A DNA stretch of 34,229 nt from Desulfobacterales bacterium (GTDB taxonomy: Bacteria > Desulfobacterota > Desulfobacteria > Desulfobacterales > B30-G6), in assembly GCA_029939655.1 (NCBI GenBank), contig JAOZSO010000001.1, positions 1 to 34,229 on the forward strand. Reading direction: 5' to 3'. Positions within the stretch are counted from its first letter, which is position 1. Each line of letters starts with the position of its first letter. Positions 1 to 8,830 of the stretch are shown here, one piece after another. The notes below the pieces were generated by a model, which was not told the origin of the DNA, did not search any database, and saw nothing but the letters and a program-made list of their open reading frames with translations. The translations under genes and the position numbers were made by a program.

Positions 1-1097
1 TCAAAATCGGCAGCGGTGTGCTCACCCGCAAAAATGGATTGAATCTGAATTTAATCGATGATCTGGCAACCGAAGTCTGCAGACTACGCAACAGGGGAAT
101 CGAAATTATTCTTGTCTCCTCGGGGGCTATTGCAGCAGGGTTGAAAAAGGCAGGTCTATCCAAACGCCCAACATCACTTTCACAAATGCAGGCCTTGGCA
201 GCCATGGGACAAAGCAACCTGATCATGGCTTATGAGGAGGCCTTTTCGAGACAGGGAGCCAAGGCGGCACAACTTCTACTCACCCGGGATGATCTCACGC
301 ACCGACGGCGATATCTCAATGCCAGAAACACCCTGATGACATTGTTGTCCTGGAAAATCATTCCCATTATCAACGAAAATGATACCGTCGGCACCGACGA
401 GATCAAATTCGGTGACAACGACAACCTCAGTGCACTGGTGGTCAATCTGACGGAATCCCATCTGCTGGTGAACCTGACCAATATAGACGGTCTATACGAT
501 AAAGACCCTAGACGTCACCCTGATGCACAATTGATACCGGTAGTCGAAAAAATGGATCGCCGGATAGCCAAGGCTGCCAACACCATACCCGGTTTTCTGG
601 GAACCGGCGGGATGGCCAGCAAATTGACGGCGGCCAGGAATATTTCTCTGGGAGGTATCGCCAGCATTATTGCCAATGGTTCGAAACCGGATATTCTAAA
701 AGATGTATTTTCCGGAAAATCATGCGGCACTTTTTTTATCCCTGAAACCAGCGCATTGAACAGCCGCAAGCAGTGGATCGCCTTTACCAAGAAAACAAAA
801 GGATTACTCTTCGTCGACGAGGGTGCCGAGAGAGCGTTGACGAAAAATGGCAAGAGTCTCCTTCCCTCCGGCATCACGGCAGTTCAAGGCAGGTTCAGTA
901 TGGGAGATTCGGTGATCATACAAGGGAAAAACAAGCAAAAAATTGCCATCGGCATGGTCAATTACAACTCAGGGGATCTACAGAAAATAATCGGAGCCAG
1001 AACCAGCCGGATCGAATCGATCCTCGGGTATCGGCATGATGATGAGATCGTCCATCGGGACAATCTGATTCTCGAGTCCCGACTTGAAACAACGTGA
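1..1097 (+). CDS. proB: Glutamate 5-kinase with C-terminal PUA domain; 5' end lies outside the window
   Basis: The frame is open from nt 3 (KIGSGVL precedes the GTG at 18, so the listed start is internal). Amino-acid-kinase motifs VSSGAIAAG, GDNDNLSA and GTGGMASK are present, followed by a PUA-like tail. TGA stop at 1095-1097. Confidence 0.9.
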   Translation, partial: KIGSGVLTRKNGLNLNLIDDLATEVCRLRNRGIEIILVSSGAIAAGLKKAGLSKRPTSLSQMQALAAMGQSNLIMAYEEAFSRQGAKAAQLLLTRDDLTHRRRYLNARNTLMTLLSWKIIPIINENDTVGTDEIKFGDNDNLSALVVNLTESHLLVNLTNIDGLYDKDPRRHPDAQLIPVVEKMDRRIAKAANTIPGFLGTGGMASKLTAARNISLGGIASIIANGSKPDILKDVFSGKSCGTFFIPETSALNSRKQWIAFTKKTKGLLFVDEGAERALTKNGKSLLPSGITAVQGRFSMGDSVIIQGKNKQKIAIGMVNYNSGDLQKIIGARTSRIESILGYRHDDEIVHRDNLILESRLETT

Positions 1098-1208
1098 AAA
1101 TATCAATACTCCCACTTCACCTTATCCTGCTCAGTCTGACCTGGTTTCCGGGGAGGCTCCTTATGTCGCCAAGATTCGAGGGCTAAGAGCCAAGAACTAA
1201 CATTTGGA

Positions 1209-2408
1209 TTACCGCATGGCGATGTCAATGTGATAGGATTTCCCGAGAGCGTTTTTAAAATACTCGAGCATGAGAACCGATCTTAATTCATGTTTGTCCA
1301 TCTTTTCTACCTGCTCGTCCTTGAGCAGGTTGGCCGCCCATTTGGAAGACAGTGATTTGTCATTGGCGTATTCTTCGCGGATCGATTTCAGGTAGGACCG
1401 ATTCAATTGTTGCAGTTCTTCCATTTCCATTGTCTTGATTTTGGAAAAATGCCTTGTCATAACAGCAAGATCAGGAAGGGATGGATTCTCGACAATCGAT
1501 TTATAGGTCTGACCAAACCGCTGCAGGCCCTTATATATATGATGTTTCTTTACCATGTTGATTTTATTCCAGCCCGCGTCGAGCCACTTGAATACCCCGC
1601 ATTTAACCTGCTTCTCTTCCCCCTGGGTCTCGTAATAAACGATAATAGAGAAAGAATCATACATGTACGAACGGACCCATCCCAGTCCGGGTTTATTCAA
1701 CCCTTTTTTATCGGAATAAAGATAGGTCCAGTCGGTGTCAGCCCCCAGAACAACCCCTCTTTTACCAACATCCGATACTCCGGTCTGCTTGCTCAGGGAT
1801 ATCATAATGTTATTTCCATTATGTTTCATCAGGATCAGGGTTCGATCCAGATCATACCGAAAATATGTCCCTGTATGAATGTCCGGTGTATTTTCGACAA
1901 ACTCCCGGCCTTTGACAATGACGGGGCCATCCATTCTATCCATATTATCCCACAGTTTCGGTGAGCCCTGGCTTCCAGCACCGTATTCGTGCCAGTAGGA
2001 AAGTCGCACTGATGAGGGATTCATTAAAAATGAGGGCAGTTCTGGATTGTAGGAAAGTTTCAGGATATCAAGCAGTTCTTTATCAAAAATAAGTTCATGA
2101 TAAGCTGAAGTGGCTTCGAATAATCCATCAGTAAAATAGAGACGGCCGTCTTCCTTTGGAGCGGCCACAAAATCGAGAAGCCCATCGATGAGCTCTGTTT
2201 TAAGTACCTCGGCACTGTTGGGGCCGGTCAACATTCTCAAATGCTCAAAAGCCGGATAGAGTGCCTGGGAAATTTTAACATCTTTCAAGCCTGTTTCCGA
2301 CCGAACCCCCTGGGGTACCCAGGTAAAAAGAACGCATAAAGCTATCGTTATCCACAACCATCTCACATTGTTATATCGTTTTCTATCTATATTCTTATTC
2401 CAGTGCAT
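1209..2408 (-). CDS. Hypothetical secreted or membrane-anchored protein, family not recognised
   Basis: Long ORF with a TAA stop. The track start at 2522 is a TTG. The ATG at 2408 gives MHWNKNIDRKRYNNVRWLWITIALCVLFTWVPQGVRS, a basic n-region plus hydrophobic h-region typical of a signal peptide or anchor. I recognise no catalytic motif. Confidence 0.6.
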   Translation of the reverse strand: MHWNKNIDRKRYNNVRWLWITIALCVLFTWVPQGVRSETGLKDVKISQALYPAFEHLRMLTGPNSAEVLKTELIDGLLDFVAAPKEDGRLYFTDGLFEATSAYHELIFDKELLDILKLSYNPELPSFLMNPSSVRLSYWHEYGAGSQGSPKLWDNMDRMDGPVIVKGREFVENTPDIHTGTYFRYDLDRTLILMKHNGNNIMISLSKQTGVSDVGKRGVVLGADTDWTYLYSDKKGLNKPGLGWVRSYMYDSFSIIVYYETQGEEKQVKCGVFKWLDAGWNKINMVKKHHIYKGLQRFGQTYKSIVENPSLPDLAVMTRHFSKIKTMEMEELQQLNRSYLKSIREEYANDKSLSSKWAANLLKDEQVEKMDKHELRSVLMLEYFKNALGKSYHIDIAMR

Positions 2409-2613
2409 ACATCTCCACTTTCGAGTAGGGAATGAAAAAAGCCTCTCTCTCAAGGAGAAGCTCAGTGTTTTTTTTATCAATAAGGTTTCGCAAAAAAATA
2501 AGGCCTTAACAGCTCTTGTCAACTACATTTGCCAACGGTCGTTTAAAGGTGAGCCATTTTGGGTCATGAGAATTGAGCCACATTAATTCGGATGATCGGC
2601 AACCATCCAGATA

Positions 2614-4017
2614 TCACCCTGGCTGAGATGAAATATTGCCTGTTCGATACATATCCAGTATCCGAGGAAGTTGCCCCACCATGTAAAGAGGAAGGGAAAT
2701 TAACCGGTATTTGACCTGTGTGGTTGAATTTGCTTGTCGCAAAGAATGTTCTATATTCTGAATTGAAGGTAGATTAAGGTCGAAACGAACACCCAGTTTT
2801 GCATTTTTATTATAAACAAACTGGAGGAGTGATTTGAGCGTACCGCTTTTGCCCGCTTTCACTTCAACCGGGGTTATCAAATCCGCTCGCGAGATTACAT
2901 AATCAACTTCCGCATTAGCTGATTTTTTTTGTCTCAACCAGTAACACAATTCTGGTGGTTCGCTCAATCCTCGAAAATATAGAAGATGCTGACCAATAAA
3001 CTGTTCTGCCATGGCTCCCTCATTAACTATCTGGCGGTTATCCAGAGCAGATATTGCCAGCCAATCCAATCCGCAAACACGATTCATTAAACCGATATCC
3101 AAAAACAGAGCCTTATAAGTAAGCGCATCTATTTCAGCCTGAAGGGGCAATCCGGAGCAATGGCTGTGAAATACCTGGCTGATTATCCGGGCTTTTGAAA
3201 GAAGTTCAATGGCTGTTCTTAATTCACGTGATGCTTCTTCCCTGGAAATATTACTATACTTGATTTTTTTTCCCACTGCCCTTGGAATAAAATTAAACAC
3301 TTTTTGTAATCGAAGCAGTGCTTTTCGAGAAGCATATTTGGAAAAGTCATCAAGATAAGTCGATATGATAGACCGTTGAACTGGTATGGTATCGGAGAAT
3401 TGACCGCTTCTCAGGTAACCCAAGATAGCTTCCGGCATACCTCCAATCATTAAAAACTCACGTTGTCGATCCAACAGCTTTTTATGAGTGGTCATTGGAA
3501 TACTATCTGCAAAATCGAATTCCGTGATGGTTTTTAATAGCCCCCCATCGATTTCTGCAAGATATTCCTCAAACGTCATCGGACCGAGATGCAGGTAGTT
3601 AATTCTTCCCACCGGCATGGAGAAACTATGGTGTGAAAGCACAAACTCAAGTAAAGAACCGGCTGCTACTACCGGTATCTCAGGCAATTCCTCATAGAAA
3701 TAGCGAAGTGCCTGCAGAGCATATGGGGTAGCTTGAATTTCATCCAGAAACAAAATTGAATCAGGACGTATAATTTTTTTTCCTACTAGGCCTTCGAGTT
3801 CTTTCAGGATTATTCCAGAGTCCAGCGTTTTGAAAATATCATTTAATTCAAGGTGCTGTTCAAGATTTATTTCGTTTAATATCAGGTCATTGCTTTCAGC
3901 AAATTTACGAACCAGGGTTGATTTCCCAACCTGCCGGGCACCCCGGATAACAAGCGGCTTTCTGTATCTGTTTTTCAGCCAGCTTTTCAAGTGACATTCT
4001 GCAGTTCGTTTCATCAT
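2614..4017 (-). CDS. AAA-family ATPase (AAA_14 / DUF4143-type ATP-binding protein)
   Basis: Walker A GARQVGKSTL near the N-terminus and Walker B-like ILFLDEIQ. Length is about 467 aa. The C-terminal VEVKAG segment is typical of the DUF4143 family. Confidence 0.8.
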   Translation of the reverse strand: MMKRTAECHLKSWLKNRYRKPLVIRGARQVGKSTLVRKFAESNDLILNEINLEQHLELNDIFKTLDSGIILKELEGLVGKKIIRPDSILFLDEIQATPYALQALRYFYEELPEIPVVAAGSLLEFVLSHHSFSMPVGRINYLHLGPMTFEEYLAEIDGGLLKTITEFDFADSIPMTTHKKLLDRQREFLMIGGMPEAILGYLRSGQFSDTIPVQRSIISTYLDDFSKYASRKALLRLQKVFNFIPRAVGKKIKYSNISREEASRELRTAIELLSKARIISQVFHSHCSGLPLQAEIDALTYKALFLDIGLMNRVCGLDWLAISALDNRQIVNEGAMAEQFIGQHLLYFRGLSEPPELCYWLRQKKSANAEVDYVISRADLITPVEVKAGKSGTLKSLLQFVYNKNAKLGVRFDLNLPSIQNIEHSLRQANSTTQVKYRLISLPLYMVGQLPRILDMYRTGNISSQPG

Positions 4018-4193
4018 GCCGCCCTCTCGATATAAACCCTTTATTTAAACGTATATTGCTCAATAAAAGGGTTTATGTCAACCCCTATGGCAGATTACGG
4101 ATACAAATGGCCATCGGATAATTGATGGCGGGTACCAGATTTGATCAATTCCAGATAGGATCGTTATTTTTGAACTCACCATATACGATAGGT

Positions 4194-5357
4194 TCAGAGA
4201 ATATAATTAGAAATAATCTCCTTCATGATCTCGGTGGTGCCGCCACCGATGGACAGGATCCGATTGTCCCGGAACAGTCTTTCCACGAGATACCCACGCG
4301 TGTATCCATATCCGCCGAATATCTGGACTGCATCATAGGTGACCTTGTCGCTGACACTGCAGGAAAAATTTTTTGCCATGCTGATCTCCTTGATCTGGTT
4401 GTGTCCAGCGTCGATCTTGGCTGCAATCCGGTATGTAAATTCACGGCTCGCCTCCACAAGGGTTGCCATATCCACCAGCTTGTGCCGTGTCACCTGGAAT
4501 CCCTTCAGTTTTCTTCCGAAAGCATCCCTTTCCCCGGTGTAGGCAATGGCCGATTCGAGGGCCAGTTGGGCCGTCATGTTTGCCATGATTGCCAGAGCCA
4601 GTCTTTCACCCTGGAAGTTTTCCATAATGGTGTAAAAGCCTGCGTTTTCTTCCCCCAGTCGATTTTGTACGGGAACGCAACAGTCATCAAAAAATATCTG
4701 GGCTGTGTCCGATGCCCACCAGCCTGTCTTCTTGAATTTTTCGGATACAGAATACCCCGGTGTATTCGATTCGATGACCAGAAGACTGATGCCGTGGGCG
4801 CCGGATTCACCGGTGCGGACAGCACAGGTTATCTGATCCGCACGGTATCCGCTGGTAATGAAAGCCTTACTCCCATTGACCCGGTAGTAATCTCCTTCCC
4901 TGACGGCCGTTGTCTGCAAATTGGCCACATCCGAACCCCCTCCCGGCTCGGTTATGGCGAGTGCCGATATCTTTTCTCCCGCCAGAACCGGACTGACAAA
5001 CCGTTCTTTTTGGGATTCTGTTCCGGCCGACAGGATCGGAGGGATGGCGATATTCAGACTGCCCAGACCCGCCACCAGACCGCCGGATCCTGAGCGCATA
5101 AGTTCCTCGGACACGGCGATGTGAAAAAAAATGTCCCCTGGAATGCCACCGTATGCTTCGGGATATCCCGTTCCGAGAATACCTACTGCCGCTGCCTTTT
5201 GATAGAGCTCCCGTGGAAATTCCCCTGCTTCCTCCCAGTCTTCTATGAAGGGAAGAATCTCTTTGTCCACAAAAGCCTTGACCGATTTCCTCACCATGAC
5301 ATGGGATTTGCCGAAATATTCCTGACACGTTGCTTTGGAGCTGAATTTGTATGTCAT
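4194..5357 (-). CDS. Acyl-CoA dehydrogenase
   Basis: 387 aa. ACAD motifs ALAITEPGGGSDVANLQTTA and YGGYGYTRGYLVERLFRDNRILSIGGGTTEIM (catalytic-Glu region). ATG start, TGA stop. Confidence 0.9.
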   Translation of the reverse strand: MTYKFSSKATCQEYFGKSHVMVRKSVKAFVDKEILPFIEDWEEAGEFPRELYQKAAAVGILGTGYPEAYGGIPGDIFFHIAVSEELMRSGSGGLVAGLGSLNIAIPPILSAGTESQKERFVSPVLAGEKISALAITEPGGGSDVANLQTTAVREGDYYRVNGSKAFITSGYRADQITCAVRTGESGAHGISLLVIESNTPGYSVSEKFKKTGWWASDTAQIFFDDCCVPVQNRLGEENAGFYTIMENFQGERLALAIMANMTAQLALESAIAYTGERDAFGRKLKGFQVTRHKLVDMATLVEASREFTYRIAAKIDAGHNQIKEISMAKNFSCSVSDKVTYDAVQIFGGYGYTRGYLVERLFRDNRILSIGGGTTEIMKEIISNYIL

Positions 5358-5365
5358 AATAGACC

Positions 5366-5606
5366 GTTTTAAGTTTTAGGTTTTAAGTTTTAGGTAAGCC
5401 CATAAGCTCTTGGCTGTTGGGTCTTAGCTGTTGGCAGAATGACAGCCAAGAGCTAACAGCCGGGAACCGCCAGGTTGCCCAATGACAGCCGCAGGCATAA
5501 TGACGCGCACAGCGCTAATGTCGTTCGAAGGACAAGTGACAGCCGAAGGCTAAATGTCGCCCGTAGGGCTAATATCGTCCGAAGGACAAATGGCAATGGG
5601 AATATC
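5366..5606 (+). repeat. Composite intergenic repeat, copy R1 (14-bp tandem duplication, 13-bp inverted repeat, 7 x 18-bp mini-hairpin units)
   Basis: gttttaagttttag occurs twice in tandem (5366-5393). A perfect 13-bp inverted repeat agctcttggctgt / acagccaagagct lies at 5405-5417 and 5442-5454. 18-bp units begin at 5481, 5499, 5517, 5535, 5553, 5571 and 5589 (aatgNcNNNNgNaNNNNn). Confidence 0.85.
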
Positions 5607-7355
5607 TATAATCTTGGCTCTCAGGTATTCTCCCAGCGTTTTGGCCTGGGGATCACTCCTCAGGGATGCGGCCACGCCGTCACCCAACAGCCCTTTGATA
5701 TAGAAATTTAAGGCCAAGAGGTTGGGCAGTTCATATCGCTCGATTTCAAAATCCGCCAGGTCCTTGAGAAGCTTTTTCAGATGTTCCACCGATAAATAAT
5801 CCCTTAAAAAAGCAAACGCTTCCGGTGTTTTTGCCCAGATGCCCAGGTTGGCATTGCCACCCTTGTCTCCGGAACGTGTAGCAAACAGTTTCCCAAAAGA
5901 TGTTGAAATGGTTTCTCCATGTGGAACCGATGGAATCGATCTTGTCTGAAGCGGTATTGCATCGAAGGATTCTCTCTGAGCAAACGCTTTCACAACGATC
6001 TCTTGGCCATCGACAAAAACATGCTGTTGGATATGGTTGTTCGACACCAGTGCCGGCCAGTGCATAATCGCCGGAACTCCTTTGGTCGGGGGGGCTGTGG
6101 CTGTAAATCCGGGGATGTTGGCCAGAGCCAGTTCCACCAGCTTTGAAGATAATAAGGCCACCTTTTTGGGATCCGGATCCATGACCGATATACGCAGATG
6201 CGCAAAAGCCTCTTCATTGGTTTTCGGGTTCTCCTTTTCAGAACGAACAAGCTGTACATCCACCACCGAAAACAGTTTTTTCCCACCCAGACTGTCAAAG
6301 AGGGCTTCAGTCACGATCTGCGCCTTTTTTTCGATGTCGAGGCCGGTCAGAATAATGGTCATGCTGTTACGATATCCCCCCAGGTTGTTGATGCAGACTT
6401 TGGTGGTGCGAGTGGGTGGTTCCCCCTTGACGCCTTGAATCCGAACCCGGTCGACATCTTCCTGGGAAATATCGATGGTGTCAAAACGAGCTGCCACGTC
6501 CGGCGTCAGATATCTGGGTTCCCGGATTTCATACAGCAGCTGAGCGGTTACCGTTCCAACCGAGACAAGCCCGCCGGTGTTGGGATGCTTTGTAATGATC
6601 GAGGATCCATCCTTTTCAAGTTCTGCAATGGGAAACCCTACATTCCTGAAAGAGGGTACCTCCTCAATAAAAGAGTAATTGCCTCCGGTTGCCTGGGCGC
6701 TGCACTCGATCACATGGCCGGCCACCGCCGCACCCGCCAGTGCATCCCAGTCTGTTTTCTCCCATTTGAATTGCCAGGCCGCGGGTCCCATGACCAGTGC
6801 TGCATCGGCAATACGCCCCCCCACGACAATGTCTGCACCGTGATCCAGTGCCTCCACAATCCCCCAGCAACCCAGATAAGCATTGGCTGAAATCGTCTGA
6901 GCCTTGGCATCCTTCAAGGCGATCCCCTTGTCCATGTGGGTAAAAGGTTCTCCTTTGCCCTGAAGATCCTGTAGTCTCTGCATGAGGTTGTCACCCTCGA
7001 CATAGGCAATTTTGGGATGAAGCCCCAGCGTGTCCGCCACCTTCTCAAGTTCTCCGGCAAGCGAGGCTGGATTGAGGCCCCCTGCATTGGCAACAATCCT
7101 GATACGCTTGTCAAGGCATTCCCCCATGACAATTTCCATCTGTTTTAAAAAGGTCGTGACATAACCTGCATCGGGGTCCTTGAACTGTTTGCGAAGAAGG
7201 ATGGCCATGGTCAACTCGGCCAAGTAATCACCTGTCAGAAAATGGATAGGACCGCCCTGGACCATCTCCTGTGCCGCAGAAAATCGGTCACCGAAAAACC
7301 CGCTGCAGTTGGCAATGATTAATTTTTCGTTGTATAAATTGTATGTCTCATTCAT
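5550..7355 (-). CDS. AtuA-like (DUF1446) acyclic-terpene-utilisation family protein with a fused DUF4387-like C-terminal region
   Basis: The N-terminus IANCSGFFGDRFSAAQEMVQGGPIHFLTGDYLAELTMAILL is characteristic of DUF1446/AtuA. 601 aa. The last ~19 codons (..AICPSDDISPTGDI) and the TAG stop lie inside repeat R1. Confidence 0.8.
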   Translation of the reverse strand: MNETYNLYNEKLIIANCSGFFGDRFSAAQEMVQGGPIHFLTGDYLAELTMAILLRKQFKDPDAGYVTTFLKQMEIVMGECLDKRIRIVANAGGLNPASLAGELEKVADTLGLHPKIAYVEGDNLMQRLQDLQGKGEPFTHMDKGIALKDAKAQTISANAYLGCWGIVEALDHGADIVVGGRIADAALVMGPAAWQFKWEKTDWDALAGAAVAGHVIECSAQATGGNYSFIEEVPSFRNVGFPIAELEKDGSSIITKHPNTGGLVSVGTVTAQLLYEIREPRYLTPDVAARFDTIDISQEDVDRVRIQGVKGEPPTRTTKVCINNLGGYRNSMTIILTGLDIEKKAQIVTEALFDSLGGKKLFSVVDVQLVRSEKENPKTNEEAFAHLRISVMDPDPKKVALLSSKLVELALANIPGFTATAPPTKGVPAIMHWPALVSNNHIQQHVFVDGQEIVVKAFAQRESFDAIPLQTRSIPSVPHGETISTSFGKLFATRSGDKGGNANLGIWAKTPEAFAFLRDYLSVEHLKKLLKDLADFEIERYELPNLLALNFYIKGLLGDGVAASLRSDPQAKTLGEYLRAKIIDIPIAICPSDDISPTGDI

Positions 7356-7395
7356 GGGTATGCTCCTATGAAGTCAATTACATTTCTTGTGACAG

Positions 7396-7431
7396 AGATT
7401 CTTGGACGACATTTCGCCTTCGGCTGTCATT
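7396..7431 (-). repeat. Short inverted-orientation copy (R5) of the 18-bp unit array, 2 units
   Basis: The reverse complement of 7396-7431 reads aatgacagccgaaggcga aatgtcgtccaagaatct. The first unit is near-identical to R1 unit 5535-5552. It lies about 40 nt upstream of the AtuA-like start, in sense orientation to that gene. Confidence 0.7.
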
Positions 7432-7560
7432 GTAGATGTAAACCAAAAAGGTTCAAAGATCAAAGGTTGAATAACTTGTCGAGGCTTGATATCTTTCATG
7501 CATCTGGTTCAGATTATTTTTCACAAAGTTGAACCAAACTTAGAATGAAAGGACTTAGCC

Positions 7561-8811
7561 ATGAAAGATGTTGTTATTGCATCGGCATGCAGGACCGCCA
7601 TCGGTGCATTCGGTGGAACCCTGCGGGACACTATCGCCTCAGAAATTGCCAGAGTTACCATGCAGGAAGCCATAGACCGAGCCGGTATCGATCCCGCAAC
7701 TATCGATGATGTGCGCTACGGCTGCTGTTTGGAACCGGTGGACACATTGAATGTCGCCCGAACAGCTGCGTTATTGGCCGGTATACCCGACACTGTTCCC
7801 GCCGTAACCATCAACCGTGTGTGCATTTCGAGCATGGAAGCAACCATCTCCGGGATGGCTATGATTCAGGCCGGCATGGCCGATATCATTCTTGCCGGGG
7901 GTGTCGAACACATGTCCGGGGTCCCGTATGTCGTTCCGGCCGCCCGCTGGGGATGTCGCCTCCAGGATCAGGTCTTCGTGGACGCCTTGATTCGCAGCCT
8001 GCATTGTGGTTCCCATGTGATACCCCACCCTGAAAACGGCCCGGTGAATGCAGAAGAGCCCCCCTTAAGCTATTTTAAAGGGAAGCCTTATATCATGGGC
8101 CATACAGCAGAGTTTGTGGCCCAGCAGTATGGCATCACCCGGGAGGAGATGGATGAAGTGGCCCTGAGAAGTCATAACAATGTAGAGCGGTCAACCCAGG
8201 ATGGTTCGTTCAAGGAAGAAACCGTACCCATGAAAATTCCCCAACGAAAAAAAGATCCCATTCTGTTTGATAAGGATGAACACTTCAGACCGGGGATGAC
8301 CATGGAAAAGCTTCAGAAACTGCCATCCGTCTTTATCCCCAAAACCGGCAAGGTTACGGCAGGAAACTCAAGTGGTATCAATGACGGTTCGGCCGGAATG
8401 GTGATTATGTCTGCCGAAAAAGCCGCAACGCTCAACATCCAACCCCTGGCAAAAATCAAGGCCGTCGGAAAAGGAGCCTGTCATCCCTCGGTCATGGGCA
8501 TGTCGCCTGTTCCGGCCGTTCAGGACCTGATGACACGCAGTGGTCTGAAAATTGAGGATTTCGAACTCGTTGAAGTGAACGAAGCATTTGCCGCCCAGTA
8601 TATCGGTTGCGAAAGAGAGTTGGGATTGAACCGGGATATCACGAATGTCAATGGCTCGGGAATCGGTCTTGGACACCCGGTCGGCGCCACCGGTGCCCGT
8701 ATCATCGTCTCCCTGATCTACGCTATGAAACAGCGAGGAAAAACACTGGGGCTGGCCACCCTCTGTGGCGGTGGGGGCGTGTCCATGGCGTGTGCTATCG
8801 AGATGGTTTAA
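7561..8811 (+). CDS. Thiolase (acetyl-CoA C-acetyl/acyltransferase)
   Basis: Active-site Cys context NRVCISSMEA. C-terminal thiolase signatures NGSGIGLGHPVGATGARI and CGGGGVSMACAIE. SD gaaagga lies upstream of the ATG. Confidence 0.9.
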   Translation: MKDVVIASACRTAIGAFGGTLRDTIASEIARVTMQEAIDRAGIDPATIDDVRYGCCLEPVDTLNVARTAALLAGIPDTVPAVTINRVCISSMEATISGMAMIQAGMADIILAGGVEHMSGVPYVVPAARWGCRLQDQVFVDALIRSLHCGSHVIPHPENGPVNAEEPPLSYFKGKPYIMGHTAEFVAQQYGITREEMDEVALRSHNNVERSTQDGSFKEETVPMKIPQRKKDPILFDKDEHFRPGMTMEKLQKLPSVFIPKTGKVTAGNSSGINDGSAGMVIMSAEKAATLNIQPLAKIKAVGKGACHPSVMGMSPVPAVQDLMTRSGLKIEDFELVEVNEAFAAQYIGCERELGLNRDITNVNGSGIGLGHPVGATGARIIVSLIYAMKQRGKTLGLATLCGGGGVSMACAIEMV

Positions 8812-8830
8812 GACGAGGGTACAAGGATTT

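Noticed and set aside
4032-4076. 11-bp inverted repeat ataaacccttt / aaagggtttat between the ACAD stop and the AAA-ATPase start.
   Set aside because: The stem is A/T-rich, the loop is 23 nt and there is no adjacent U-tract. This is too weak to call a terminator or operator without data.
4122-5093. Long plus-strand ORF (323 aa) and several shorter ORFs overlapping the acyl-CoA dehydrogenase gene.
   Set aside because: They lie antisense to a gene with unmistakable family motifs. Their composition is Arg/Gly/Cys-rich, typical of shadow ORFs, and I see no motifs or SD. The same reasoning applies to these antisense track ORFs:
- 1407..1964
- 6198..6890
- 10582..11217
- 14161..15045
- 15908..16342
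- 17624..17881
- 28042..28473
- 32424..32885
- 33715..34101
5366-5398. The TTTAGG-type tandem repeats resemble plant-type telomeric repeats (TTTAGGG).
   Set aside because: The units are irregular (gttttaag / ttttagg / tattagg) and only 3-4 copies long. They are internal to a bacterial gene-dense region and are always embedded in the same composite element. The resemblance is superficial.
5481-5606. The regularly spaced 18-bp repeats could be a CRISPR array.
   Set aside because: The period is only 18 bp and there are no unique spacers between repeats. The repeats themselves vary while keeping their internal stems. No cas genes are present. The arrays are also very short and dispersed.
5475-5711. 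ORFs with hexapeptide periodicity reading through the 18-bp arrays (5475..5711 plus strand, 8916..9242 minus strand, 15820..16011 minus strand).
   Set aside because: The periodic peptides simply reflect an 18-nt DNA repeat. They occur on different strands and frames at different loci, lack an SD, and one is interrupted by stops (R2 reads atg acg cct gaa ggg caa ata tca tcc gga gga taa). They are treated as non-coding repeat sequence.
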